DNA from: Flavobacterium sp.
GTDB taxonomy: Bacteria; Bacteroidota; Bacteroidia; Flavobacteriales; Flavobacteriaceae
Length of the DNA stretch: 64,000 nt
Direction: 5' to 3'
Assembly (NCBI RefSeq): GCF_044369455.1
Contig: NZ_JBIPLW010000009.1
Span: forward strand, 4,967-68,966
Part shown: positions 1 to 8,763 of the stretch, piece by piece
Numbering within the stretch: the first letter of the stretch is position 1
Layout of the letters: each line of letters starts with the position of its first letter
The notes under the pieces: generated by a model
Database searches by the model: none
What the model was told of the DNA's origin: nothing
Seen by the model: only the letters and a program-made list of their open reading frames with translations
Position numbers and translations under genes: made by a program

Positions 1-2742
1 TCCCGTAGTAGCATGTGTAATGGTGGGTAACGCTTGCCCGATGCATATCGTTGGGCTGCTTGAAGGGGGACCAACGGTGTTGGCTGTACCAGAAGTAGTT
101 ACCGTAATGGTTCCCGTGGCAGCTGATGAACCGCAGGCACCTAGGAGGGGGATACTATAGTTATAGACATTCGCTACAGTTGGCGTACCACTGATTCTGA
201 TTAAATTGTTAGCAAAGGTAGCGGTAACACCGGGCGGTAACCCGCTTGCTGGGCCAATGCCAGTTCCTGCGGTAGTGGTATGTGTAATAGTTGGTAATAA
301 CGATCCTACACAAAGGGTGGGTGTACTCGAAGCTGGGCCAACGCTATTGATCTGAGTGTTTGTTACAATAATTGTGCCACTTAAGGTTGCGTTCCCTACA
401 CAGGTAACATTAGTTAAAGGAATGGTATAATTGTAAGTTCCGGCTAAAGTTGGTGTTCCACTAATAATTATAGAACCCTCTCCATATCCAGTATCCCCCG
501 CCGAAACCCCCGGCGGAAGATTCACGGGCGTGCCCTTGATGTATGCTTTACTATTTAAGTTAAACATAATTTGGGGCATTACTGTATTTGCACATACCGT
601 TGGATTCGAACTTGGGCTTGTATTAAGACTGGAATTGGTCACAGATAAAGATCCTGAAGCATACATAAGTGTGCCCGAACAGGGGGTCGGGTTAATGATA
701 TTTAAAGGGACTCCGATAGAAGCATAGTTCACTTGGGTGGGTGTTCCACTAATGGTAAGTACATTATTTGACCAACTCGCTGTTAAACCTGGCGGTAAGT
801 AAGTTGTTGCCGAAGTGCTAATGCCACTGACGCCAGTTGTTGCATAAGATCTTGTATAAGGTGTATTGACACAAGTATAATTAGTCGGTTCATTATTAAG
901 TTCGGCCGATGCTTGTGTTGAATAATCATAAGTGATACTGTAATAATAACTTTGGTCCTCCTCAAGATACCGGGTATTGCAGGAAGGCGCAACGGGTAAA
1001 ATGATGATTTCGGAAATATGCCCCGTCAGACGATTGCTTACAGTACCACCATTCCATCTTGCACCAATTACCATTGTGGTTTGTAAATTATAATTGGTTC
1101 CTGTAATGAGCGATGTGGGCATAGCAGTGCCCTCTTTAAAACCCGAAACGGTGGTATTGTCGGCACCAAAGGTAAGCATGCGGGCAGTTCCATTTCCGGT
1201 TTGTGTGTTGTCGGAAACAGTAGAAAGGGTGCCGGGCGACACGGTAATGCCAAACGATGCCGGTTTGGCAGCTAAATCAGGTCTGTCTCGAATTACAAAG
1301 CCCTGAGTAGTTCCATTAAAATTATTATCGATTAATGTTTGAGAACTGCTTGCGGTAGTACCAGTCGTTGTCCATTTGGCTACGACATTGGCTGTAAAAC
1401 CAGAAAAGCCGGTTGTTGGAAACGGGGTTGGCGTGAAGCATCTCAAATTATTTACCCCATTGAAGTAAACAGCGGGCTTTCCATTCACTTGTTCAATTAC
1501 ACCGGCATTTACAATTCGGGGTTGTTGGGCGAGAACACTTTGTACGGCACGTAAATTGCGGCCGCTTTGGTCGTACCAAGTTCGCACAAAAGCATTCAAT
1601 TTGATTGACTTATATATTCTACCGTTTGTGGCAGAGGCAACCACCTCACCATTGGCCAACTGTGATATGCCAACAATACCGGCACTGGTGGCCACGAGCG
1701 AACCGGCACTCCAGGTGACACCATTGTCTAGAGAACGGTAAATTTTATTTGCAGCATTATCGACCGCCACCACATGGCCGCTTGCCAATTGCGTTATGCC
1801 GGTTACACTTGCGCCGGTAATTGTTGTACCTGCGTCCCAGGTGGCGCCAAAATCAGTAGAACGATATATTTTGTTAGAGGTGTTTCCGGTAACGAGCAGG
1901 TTACCGTTTGATAATTGTGTGATGCTACTTAAACCTGCGCCTGCTGCAACCTCTACACCGGCATCCCAGGTGGCGCCGTTATCGGTAGAACGATATACCC
2001 TGTTGGTTGTAGTCCCAACCGTTAAAAGAACGCCGTTCGATAGTTGTGTGATGCCACTCAAACCCGCACCTGCCGCTACTAGTGTACCAGCATTCCAGGA
2101 GTTGCCATTATCAATAGAACGGTACACTTTATTGTCAAGATAACCCGTGGCTAGCACGTCACCGTTTGCCAATTGAGTGATTCCTCTTAAACCGGCACCT
2201 GCCGCAACCACTACACCGGCATTCCAGTTAACACCATTATTTGTTGATCGATGTATCCTGTTGTTATTGTATGAAACAACCAATAGGTCGCCATTTGCTA
2301 ATTGTTTATTGAAATACAATTGAGGGGTAGGGGTCCCAGAGATGAGTACCCCTGTATTCCAAACATTACCTGCATCGGTAAAGGCAATTAAGGAAGGGGT
2401 ATCGAGATCGCGGATTGCTCCCCAATCCGGACTAAACATAAAGCCAATATCTTTTAGAGCATTATCGCCGCTTCTGCGAACCTCAATGGCGCTGCCAAAA
2501 TAAGTGCTGCTCAATTTTCGGAGACTGTACCCGGTAGTTGTCTCTATACCATACATATTTACCATGTCGAAACTATTGTTGCTTTGGGCTTTTAGGTCGG
2601 CAAAAGGATTGAGTGACAACACAACAAAGAGGCACTTAAGCATATTTGTTGTGATAGAAAATGAACTTTTTTTAACTTGTTTTTTTTCTAAAAAGGAAAA
2701 CGGCAAGTTTGATTTTTTCGATTTAAGTAATAATTGTTTCAT
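1..2742 (-). CDS. Large secreted surface protein (3' end beyond window): signal peptide, six BNR/Asp-box blades, LamG/ConA-like region, repeated Ig-like 'LPPG..ISGTPT' modules
   Basis: Own minus-strand translation shows no stop from ATG 2742 down to nt 1. The in-frame ATG at 2643 is the more likely start, giving signal peptide MLKCLFVVLSLNPFADLKAQ. The gene is absent from the ORF track because it has no stop inside the window. Motifs: YRSTDNGATWDAG, YRSIDNGNSWNAG, YRSTDFGATWDAG, YRSLDNGVTWSAG (SxDxGxTW); WYDQSGRN..NGKPAVYFNG; LPPGLTASWSNNVLTISGTPT; LPPGVTATFANNLIRISGTPT. The short + strand ORFs at 530-2143 are antisense shadows of this gene. Confidence 0.85.
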   Translation of the reverse strand, partial: MKQLLLKSKKSNLPFSFLEKKQVKKSSFSITTNMLKCLFVVLSLNPFADLKAQSNNSFDMVNMYGIETTTGYSLRKLSSTYFGSAIEVRRSGDNALKDIGFMFSPDWGAIRDLDTPSLIAFTDAGNVWNTGVLISGTPTPQLYFNKQLANGDLLVVSYNNNRIHRSTNNGVNWNAGVVVAAGAGLRGITQLANGDVLATGYLDNKVYRSIDNGNSWNAGTLVAAGAGLSGITQLSNGVLLTVGTTTNRVYRSTDNGATWDAGVEVAAGAGLSSITQLSNGNLLVTGNTSNKIYRSTDFGATWDAGTTITGASVTGITQLASGHVVAVDNAANKIYRSLDNGVTWSAGSLVATSAGIVGISQLANGEVVASATNGRIYKSIKLNAFVRTWYDQSGRNLRAVQSVLAQQPRIVNAGVIEQVNGKPAVYFNGVNNLRCFTPTPFPTTGFSGFTANVVAKWTTTGTTASSSQTLIDNNFNGTTQGFVIRDRPDLAAKPASFGITVSPGTLSTVSDNTQTGNGTARMLTFGADNTTVSGFKEGTAMPTSLITGTNYNLQTTMVIGARWNGGTVSNRLTGHISEIIILPVAPSCNTRYLEEDQSYYYSITYDYSTQASAELNNEPTNYTCVNTPYTRSYATTGVSGISTSATTYLPPGLTASWSNNVLTISGTPTQVNYASIGVPLNIINPTPCSGTLMYASGSLSVTNSSLNTSPSSNPTVCANTVMPQIMFNLNSKAYIKGTPVNLPPGVSAGDTGYGEGSIIISGTPTLAGTYNYTIPLTNVTCVGNATLSGTIIVTNTQINSVGPASSTPTLCVGSLLPTITHTTTAGTGIGPASGLPPGVTATFANNLIRISGTPTVANVYNYSIPLLGACGSSAATGTITVTTSGTANTVGPPSSSPTICIGQALPTITHATTG
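1597..2304 (-). repeat. Intragenic tandem repeat with a 129-bp (43-aa) period, about 5.5 units, corresponding to Asp-box propeller blades
   Basis: Blades each read (I)(T/S)QL(A/S)NG..(Y/H)(R/K)S.(D/N).G..W.AG. Two adjacent blades are 31/43 identical (AAGAGLSGITQLSNGVLLTVGTTTNRVYRSTDNGATWDAGVEV vs AAGAGLSSITQLSNGNLLVTGNTSNKIYRSTDFGATWDAGTTI). The antisense ORF 1796-2143 repeats 'PA.Q.AP.S.ERY.LL' every 43 codons. Confidence 0.85.
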
Positions 2743-3012
2743 ATTTTGTATGTAATTACGCTTTAAAATTAAACTATTTAATTTGCTTAATTAATAAAGC
2801 TTTAATTAATTAATGATTATTTGACATTACAAAACTATAGAATAATTATAAAAAATCGATAAAACACATAAAAAATCGATTAAATGCATAATATAAAATT
2901 TAAAACATATAAAATACTTACAATTATTATATTTTTTCTAAACTCAGTTTTTCTATTTTTATTTATAAAAAAAAGGTTTATAAATACTTGGAATTGTATA
3001 ACTATGAAACAC

Positions 3013-3043
3013 AAAAAAAGGCTTGGAGCGTTCCAAACCTTTA
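3013..3043 (-). terminator. Rho-independent terminator directly after the tRNA
   Basis: Minus-strand RNA reads AAAGGUUUGGA-ACGC-UCCAAGCCUUUUUUU: an 8-bp stem (one G-U) plus a U-run, 5 nt after the tRNA 3' end. Confidence 0.7.
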
Positions 3044-3048
3044 AAGTG

Positions 3049-3122
3049 TAGCGAGAGGGAGATTTGAACTCCCGACCTCAGGGTTATGAATCCTGCGCTC
3101 TAACCGACTGAGCTACCTCGCC
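3049..3122 (-). tRNA. tRNA with CAT anticodon (elongator tRNA-Met most likely; lysidine tRNA-Ile2 not excluded); no encoded CCA
   Basis: Hand-folded 74 nt: acceptor GGCGAGG/TCTCGCT (two G-U pairs), D arm GCTC-AGTCGGTTA-GAGC, anticodon arm CAGGA-TTCATAA-CCCTG, variable loop AGGTC, T arm GGGAG-TTCAAAT-CTCCC, discriminator A. It lacks the GGG/CCC anticodon stem of initiator tRNA. Confidence 0.88.
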
Positions 3123-3322
3123 ATTAAATGCATTCCTTGAATACTTCACTGATTTCTATTTTTTATAGGTGTTCAGTGATACGCCTTACGGCTTAATTGC
3201 GGGTGCAAATATAAAATTAATATCAATGGTTGCAAAGTTAAAACACTTATTTTTTTTATTTTTTAAAAATGCTTTTTTATTGATTTTATAATCTATATAT
3301 TTCCACAAAATTTATTCAAATT

Positions 3323-3715
3323 ATGGATAGTAAAATACGTTATGAACTTGAGTTCCCTCTAAATTCTTCACCTCAATTGTTATATCAATATATTTCTACA
3401 CCATCTGGTTTGCAGGAATGGTTTGCTGACAATGTAAACTCTAGAGGCGAATTTTTTACTTTTATTTGGGATGGAAATGAAGAAAATGCCAGACTTGCAT
3501 CAAAAAAAACAGGAGAGAAGATAAAGTTTAGATGGGTTGATGATAACAAAAAAGATACAGATTATTATTTTGAATTAAGAATATTAGAAGATGAAATCAC
3601 CAAAGATGTATCGTTAATGGTGGTTGATTTTGCCATAGAAGATGAATTAGATGAATCTAAGTTGTTGTGGGAAAATCAAGTTTCCGATTTAAAACATGTT
3701 ATAGGTTCTATTTAA
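3323..3715 (+). CDS. START-like/SRPBCC-fold small protein (function unknown)
   Basis: 130-aa ORF. Recognised by overall resemblance to START-like domain proteins (..GLQEWFADNV..FIWDG..); no catalytic motif. Confidence 0.55.
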   Translation: MDSKIRYELEFPLNSSPQLLYQYISTPSGLQEWFADNVNSRGEFFTFIWDGNEENARLASKKTGEKIKFRWVDDNKKDTDYYFELRILEDEITKDVSLMVVDFAIEDELDESKLLWENQVSDLKHVIGSI

Positions 3716-3741
3716 AATCAATTTTTTAAAAGTTATATTTG

Positions 3742-3777
3742 CCCCGTCTCGATCAAAAAACGAGATGGGATTTTTTT
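3742..3777 (+). terminator. Rho-independent terminator of the START-like gene
   Basis: CCCCGTCTCG-atcaaaaaa-CGAGATGGG followed by T7. It lies inside the over-extended TTG-started ORF 3739-4614. Confidence 0.75.
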
Positions 3778-4614
3778 ATGATTAATTTTAATGGTGTACT
3801 TCTAGATTCAGATAAACAATTAACGGTTTCTAATCGATCGTTTCTATACGGAGATGGCGTTTTCGAAACTTTAAAAGTTGTCAATAATAAAATTTTATTT
3901 TTTGAAGATCATTATTTTAGACTTATGGCATCTATGCGAATCATACGACTGCAGATTCCAATTAGCTTTACATTAGAATATCTGGAAGAAGAAATAGTAA
4001 AGCTTATTGCTATAAATGGCGTTCAGAATTCTGCTCGTGTTCGGTTTACCGTTTTTAGAAATGAAGGCGGATTTTATTTGCCAACAGATAATTCCATTTC
4101 TTATATTATTCAGACAAGCGAACTAGAACAGATAAAGTATCAATTTTCAAAAAAGACATTTGAAGTTGATTTGTATAAAGATTATGTAGTTCCAAAGCAA
4201 TTATTGTCAACACTTAAAACAGCTAATAAAATCACACATGTCACGGCAAGTATTTTTGCCAACGAAAATCAACTTGATTCTTCCTTGCTTATTAATGAAG
4301 ATAAAAATGTAATTGAAGCTGCAAATGGAAATTTGTTTATGGTGATGGGGAACCAATTAATTACGCCACCAATTACCGAAGGTTGTTTAAATGGAATAAT
4401 GAGAAAACAAATTATAGCTCTTGCGAAACAAATCGATTCTATTGAAGTTATAGAAACGCCTATTTCCCCCTTTGATTTGCAAAAAGCAGATGAATTATTT
4501 ATTACTAGTGTAATTATGGGGATCCGACCTATTACAAAATATCGTAAAAAAGAGTTTGGGGTATTGGTATCACAAGTATTATTAGAGAAATTGAATGCTT
4601 TAATCGAAGTTTAA
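3778..4614 (+). CDS. Aminotransferase class IV family (aminodeoxychorismate lyase-like)
   Basis: ORF-track protein trimmed to the ATG at 3778 (MINFNGVLL..) because 3742-3777 is a terminator hairpin. Class IV-type sequences: SFLYGDGVFETLKV and GCLNGIMR. Confidence 0.7.
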   Translation: MINFNGVLLDSDKQLTVSNRSFLYGDGVFETLKVVNNKILFFEDHYFRLMASMRIIRLQIPISFTLEYLEEEIVKLIAINGVQNSARVRFTVFRNEGGFYLPTDNSISYIIQTSELEQIKYQFSKKTFEVDLYKDYVVPKQLLSTLKTANKITHVTASIFANENQLDSSLLINEDKNVIEAANGNLFMVMGNQLITPPITEGCLNGIMRKQIIALAKQIDSIEVIETPISPFDLQKADELFITSVIMGIRPITKYRKKEFGVLVSQVLLEKLNALIEV

Positions 4615-5171
4615 TTTAAAATTGGATTTTCGGGAGCATTAGACCAAATGAGGTAATCTCCGCCTAATTCTACAATTTTTTCTTTCCAAAAATGAGGAGT
4701 TGCTTTGCGAAGAATTTTATTTTCATAACTATTTTTAATTAAAATCCACGAATTAGACTGCATCTCATTTTCTAATTGATCAGCACACCAACCCGTATAG
4801 CCCAAAAAGAAACGTATATTTCTTTTTTTAATTATTCCTTTGTTGATTAAATCTTTAGTCGATTCAAAATCACCACCCCAAAAAACACCATTTGATATCA
4901 TAATACTGTTAGGAATTAGTTTAGGAATATTGTGAATGAAATAGAGATTGTCTTGTTCAACGGGACCGCCATTATAAACTTTAAAATCTGATGAGATTTC
5001 AGGGATTAAATCGTTTATAGAGTATTTAAGGGGTTTGTTTAAAATAAATCCTACTGAACCTTCATCGGTATGGTCTGCTAATAAAATAACCGACCTATTA
5101 AAAGATACATCTCCAATTATAGAGGGCTCAGCTAGTAATAGAAGTCCTTTCTGTAATTTTTCAGTAATCAT
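4611..5171 (-). CDS. YqgE/AlgH family protein (UPF0301)
   Basis: 186 aa with LLLAEPS..D..F.RSVILL, GGPV and FLGYTGW, characteristic of the YqgE/AlgH family. Confidence 0.8.
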   Translation of the reverse strand: MITEKLQKGLLLLAEPSIIGDVSFNRSVILLADHTDEGSVGFILNKPLKYSINDLIPEISSDFKVYNGGPVEQDNLYFIHNIPKLIPNSIMISNGVFWGGDFESTKDLINKGIIKKRNIRFFLGYTGWCADQLENEMQSNSWILIKNSYENKILRKATPHFWKEKIVELGGDYLIWSNAPENPILN

Positions 5172-5240
5172 TTAGATTAAATTTGTAATAAAATTGCTAA
5201 AAAAAAGTTTAGTAACCAAATATTTTTTGTAAAAAAACGA

Positions 5241-5269
5241 AAAACCATCTGCCGTGGCGGATGGTTTTT
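5241..5269 (-). terminator. Terminator downstream of the HU gene
   Basis: AAAACCATCTGCC-gtg-GGCGGATGGTTTT: a 9-bp GC-rich stem (one mismatch/wobble) flanked by A/T runs, 23 nt after the HU stop. Confidence 0.6.
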
Positions 5270-5291
5270 ATATATCGGATGAAATAAATTC

Positions 5292-5564
5292 TTAGTTTAC
5301 TGATCCGTCTAAATCTGCACCTGCTTTGAATTTAACTACATTCTTAGCAGCGATTTTGATAGTTTTTCCTGTTTGAGGATTTCTTCCGTCTCTTGCAGCT
5401 CTTTTAGATACTGACCAAGATCCGAATCCTACTAAAGATACTCTTCCACCTTTTTTCAAAGTACCACCTACATTTCCTAAAAATGATTCTAAAGCTAATT
5501 TAGCTGCTGCCTTAGTGATTCCAGCGTCAGCTGCGATTGCATCGATTAATTCTGATTTGTTCAT
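5292..5564 (-). CDS. hup: HU family DNA-binding protein
   Basis: Trimmed to the internal ATG (MNKSELIDAIA...), giving 90 aa. HU hallmarks: GFGSW.V..RAAR.GRNPQTGK.I.I. Confidence 0.9.
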   Translation of the reverse strand: MNKSELIDAIAADAGITKAAAKLALESFLGNVGGTLKKGGRVSLVGFGSWSVSKRAARDGRNPQTGKTIKIAAKNVVKFKAGADLDGSVN

Positions 5565-5608
5565 AATGTTAGTTATTAATTGTTGGTTAAAAATTTCGTT
5601 AATGAAAA

Positions 5609-5616
5609 CAAATTTA
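5609..5616 (-). promoter_or_regulatory. Candidate Bacteroidota -7 promoter box for hup
   Basis: Minus-strand TAAATTTG matches the TAnnTTTG consensus, 44 nt upstream of ATG 5564. It sits inside the discarded N-terminal extension of ORF 5292-5663. Confidence 0.4.
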
Positions 5617-5739
5617 AAAGGAATTCCTTTGTACACAACTGTTTTCGTCTTTTTTTCAAGCATTTGTTGATAACTTGGGTTATTTGTTGATAAACCTGCG
5701 ATTTATTAGCAATTTTGTCGATGATATGTTCTTCAGACC

Positions 5740-6687
5740 CTACTGAGCTTGTGCTTTTTCGGTAAATGCAATTCCATTAAGTAGCTCATTGGCCTGCATT
5801 TTTTTCTTTCCCGGAAACTGAATATTCAAAATCTGGATGAAGCCATCTTTTGTAGCCACTTTAAGTTCTTTTTTTGTTGTTATAATACTACCTATAGAAT
5901 AAGTGTGATTTTCTATAATAACTTTGGCATTATATATTTTAACATTCCATTCTTCTTCATTGTCATTAAACAAACACCAAGCTGAGGGATATGGAGACAA
6001 TCCTCTAATTAAATTATAAATTTCACTAGCTGATTTAGACCAGTCAATTTTGCAATTCTCCCGATTTAATTTGTACGCCGTTTTTAGTTCTGAATTATCG
6101 TGTTGAATAGTTGTTTCAACTGTACCTTTTTCTATTAAAGACATGGTTTGAATGACTGCATCACTTCCAAGTGTCATTAATTTATCATGTAATACTCCGG
6201 CAGTTTCATTTGGTGTAATTGCTATTTCTTTACTTAAAATCACAGCTCCTGTATCTATTTTTTCATCTATAAAAAATGTCGTTACTCCAGTTTTAGTGTC
6301 TCCATTTATAATAGCCCAATTAATTGGTGCTGCACCTCGATAATTAGGAAGTAGTGATGCATGTAGATTAAAGGTTCCAAGTTTTGGCATTTTCCAAACT
6401 ACTTCGGGTAACATTCTAAATGCAACTACAACTTGCAAATTGGCATTCAGCGATTTTAATTCGGCCAAAAAAGTTTCGTCTTTTAGATTGGTCGGCTGCA
6501 TTAAATTCAAGTTGTTTTCTAATGCATATTCTTTCACTGCTGAATATTTTATCTTTTGGCCGCGGCCAGCTGGTTTATCAGCCGCTGTAATAACGCCAAT
6601 GACATCGTAGTTATTCTTTACTATTGAATCCAAAATACCAACCGCAAATTCGGGTGTGCCCATAAAAACAATGCGTAGCTTTTCCAT
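5740..6687 (-). CDS. fmt: Methionyl-tRNA formyltransferase
   Basis: 315 aa with FMGTPEFA and HASLLPNYRGAAPINWAIING. Confidence 0.92.
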   Translation of the reverse strand: MEKLRIVFMGTPEFAVGILDSIVKNNYDVIGVITAADKPAGRGQKIKYSAVKEYALENNLNLMQPTNLKDETFLAELKSLNANLQVVVAFRMLPEVVWKMPKLGTFNLHASLLPNYRGAAPINWAIINGDTKTGVTTFFIDEKIDTGAVILSKEIAITPNETAGVLHDKLMTLGSDAVIQTMSLIEKGTVETTIQHDNSELKTAYKLNRENCKIDWSKSASEIYNLIRGLSPYPSAWCLFNDNEEEWNVKIYNAKVIIENHTYSIGSIITTKKELKVATKDGFIQILNIQFPGKKKMQANELLNGIAFTEKAQAQ

Positions 6688-6698
6688 TTATGCTGTAT

Positions 6699-8633
6699 TT
6701 AGTTCCGTTGCTTCTTTAAAGAATATAAATTAGTAGCGTTGATACAAATCGTATCATTTTCCAATAGATTTTGAAGTGCAAAGATAACATCGTCTTTCGG
6801 AAGTTTGGTCAATTTTTGAATATCTCTCGAATTGAAATCTTTAATCTTTAACATAGTAAGGATTTTTTCAGAAGTGCTTTCTTCATTTTGTTTAACTTCA
6901 CTCAGTTCGGCTTTACCTCGCGTCTTTTTATTTTTGGATATACAATAAGAGCAAATACCACAATCTTCTTTTATGGTTTCACCAAAATACCGCATCAATA
7001 CTTTATTCTTGCAAGTCTTGTTCTCTTTACCATAATATAATACCGCATGCAATTGTTCGGTTTTTAATTTGTTTTGCGCGAGCAAATGTTTGGATACTCT
7101 ATTTACGGTACGTTCATCTTCTCTAACTTCATTAAAAGTAATCATAACGTCATTATTGGTAGCAATTAAATCAATTACCTGCTTTTCTTTTAGTTTTTGC
7201 AGAAGTGAAAGTACCTCTTTTTCATTGCGATTGGACTTTTTAGCAATTAGGGTTGTATTAAAAGCAGTTTGCATATCATAAACTCCAGGATACGTTCGGA
7301 GCATAGTTAACATGATGTCTTCATCATTGGGATTTAAACTCATATACCGTATCACTTCTTTGGATGGAATATTAAATTGAACACTCACTTTTTTTGTGAA
7401 TTCCTGTGACAAAGTAATTACACCTTGACGGTCTAAAAACTGTAATGCATTATAGGTTTTTAGAATTGGGAAATTATATTTACTACAAAACTGATTCAGA
7501 TTAAAAGTGAACTGTTCGTCAATTCCTTCACCATAAGCAATTTGAAAAAAAGTGCAAAGTTTGACAAACACCAAATTCAAAAAAGCTTTATCGGGCAATA
7601 CACTTAAAAACTGCGCTTCGGCATGCAAAACATCCGATGGATTGATAAGTAAAATCGCAAATGCTTTTTCGCCGTTTCTTCCGGCTCGTCCGGTTTCTTG
7701 ATAATAATTTTCTAAATTTTGAGGTAAATGTAAATGAATAATCGTTCTCACATTGGCTTTGTCAATTCCCATTCCGAAAGCATTAGTAGCCACCATTACC
7801 TGAACTTTTTCGGTCATCCAAAGTTTCATATGACGTTCTTTGTCGTTAGACGTCAGTCCACCATGATAATAGGTTGCCGTAAATCCGTGGCTTTCCAATT
7901 GATGAACCGTTTCAAGACACGATTTTCTATTGGTAACATATATAATGGAAGGTTCTGCATTTTTGGATAAAATTTGCTGCAAGAGATGCACCTTATCTTC
8001 TGTCTCAAAAATCATATAGGCTAGGTTATCTCTATAAAATGATTTTGTAAAAATTTGAGGATTTTCGAGTTTTAATTGTGTGATGATATCTTCTTTCACT
8101 CTGACAGTGGCCGAAGCCGTCAAAGCTAAAAAAGGTACTTTCGGAAAGTACTCTTTAAGTTGTACAATCTTTAAATACGCTGGGCGAAAATCATGTCCCC
8201 ATTGCGACACACAATGAGCTTCATCTATAGCGATGAGGTTTACCGGTAGATTTTTGATGCGTTCCAAAATCCAATCGTTCTGTAAACGCTCGGGAGAAAG
8301 ATAAAGGAATTTATAACTTCCAAATTGACAATTGTCTAATAAATCAATGATTTCATCTTGATGAATGCCGCCAGTCAATGCTATAGCTTTTATTCCGATG
8401 TTTTGCAGATTCTGCACCTGATCTTTCATCAAGGCTATCAAGGGCGAAACAACCAAACACATGCCTTCTTGCATCATGGCCGGAACTTGAAAACAAATCG
8501 ACTTACCACCGCCAGTAGGCATTAATGCAAAAGTATCTTTTCCATCCAAAACAGAAGCTATAATTTCTTCTTGAGGATAACGGAAGGTACTGTGTTTCCA
8601 ATACTTTGTAAGGATTTCTAATGCTTTAGACAT
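6699..8633 (-). CDS. RecQ-family ATP-dependent DNA helicase
   Basis: 644 aa. P-loop MPTGGGKS, DEAH box AIDEAHCVSQWGHDFRPAY, motif VATNAFGMGIDK, and a Cys cluster CGICSYC. Confidence 0.88.
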   Translation of the reverse strand: MSKALEILTKYWKHSTFRYPQEEIIASVLDGKDTFALMPTGGGKSICFQVPAMMQEGMCLVVSPLIALMKDQVQNLQNIGIKAIALTGGIHQDEIIDLLDNCQFGSYKFLYLSPERLQNDWILERIKNLPVNLIAIDEAHCVSQWGHDFRPAYLKIVQLKEYFPKVPFLALTASATVRVKEDIITQLKLENPQIFTKSFYRDNLAYMIFETEDKVHLLQQILSKNAEPSIIYVTNRKSCLETVHQLESHGFTATYYHGGLTSNDKERHMKLWMTEKVQVMVATNAFGMGIDKANVRTIIHLHLPQNLENYYQETGRAGRNGEKAFAILLINPSDVLHAEAQFLSVLPDKAFLNLVFVKLCTFFQIAYGEGIDEQFTFNLNQFCSKYNFPILKTYNALQFLDRQGVITLSQEFTKKVSVQFNIPSKEVIRYMSLNPNDEDIMLTMLRTYPGVYDMQTAFNTTLIAKKSNRNEKEVLSLLQKLKEKQVIDLIATNNDVMITFNEVREDERTVNRVSKHLLAQNKLKTEQLHAVLYYGKENKTCKNKVLMRYFGETIKEDCGICSYCISKNKKTRGKAELSEVKQNEESTSEKILTMLKIKDFNSRDIQKLTKLPKDDVIFALQNLLENDTICINATNLYSLKKQRN

Positions 8634-8665
8634 TTAACGTTACGTATTTCGTGTTACGAGTTTTT

Positions 8666-8673
8666 CAAAACTA
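8666..8673 (-). promoter_or_regulatory. Candidate -7 promoter box for the RecQ-family gene
   Basis: Minus-strand TAGTTTTG (TAnnTTTG), 32 nt upstream of ATG 8633. Confidence 0.35.
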
Positions 8674-8763
8674 CTTATTTTATATGAAATTAGAGAAAAG
8701 AAATGAGAGAAAAGAAAATAGAATGGACCTAATGTAAAGATATTAAATCAACGATTTAAAAAT

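Noticed and set aside
530-2143. Several 60-115-aa + strand ORFs in the ORF track (530-727, 1094-1306, 1339-1554, 1556-1741, 1796-2143), and the minus-strand ORFs 783-992 and 1068-1253.
   Set aside because: All lie inside the long uninterrupted minus-strand frame 1-2742, which has clear domain motifs. They are antisense or out-of-frame shadows. The repeats seen in 1796-2143 only mirror the 129-bp blade periodicity.
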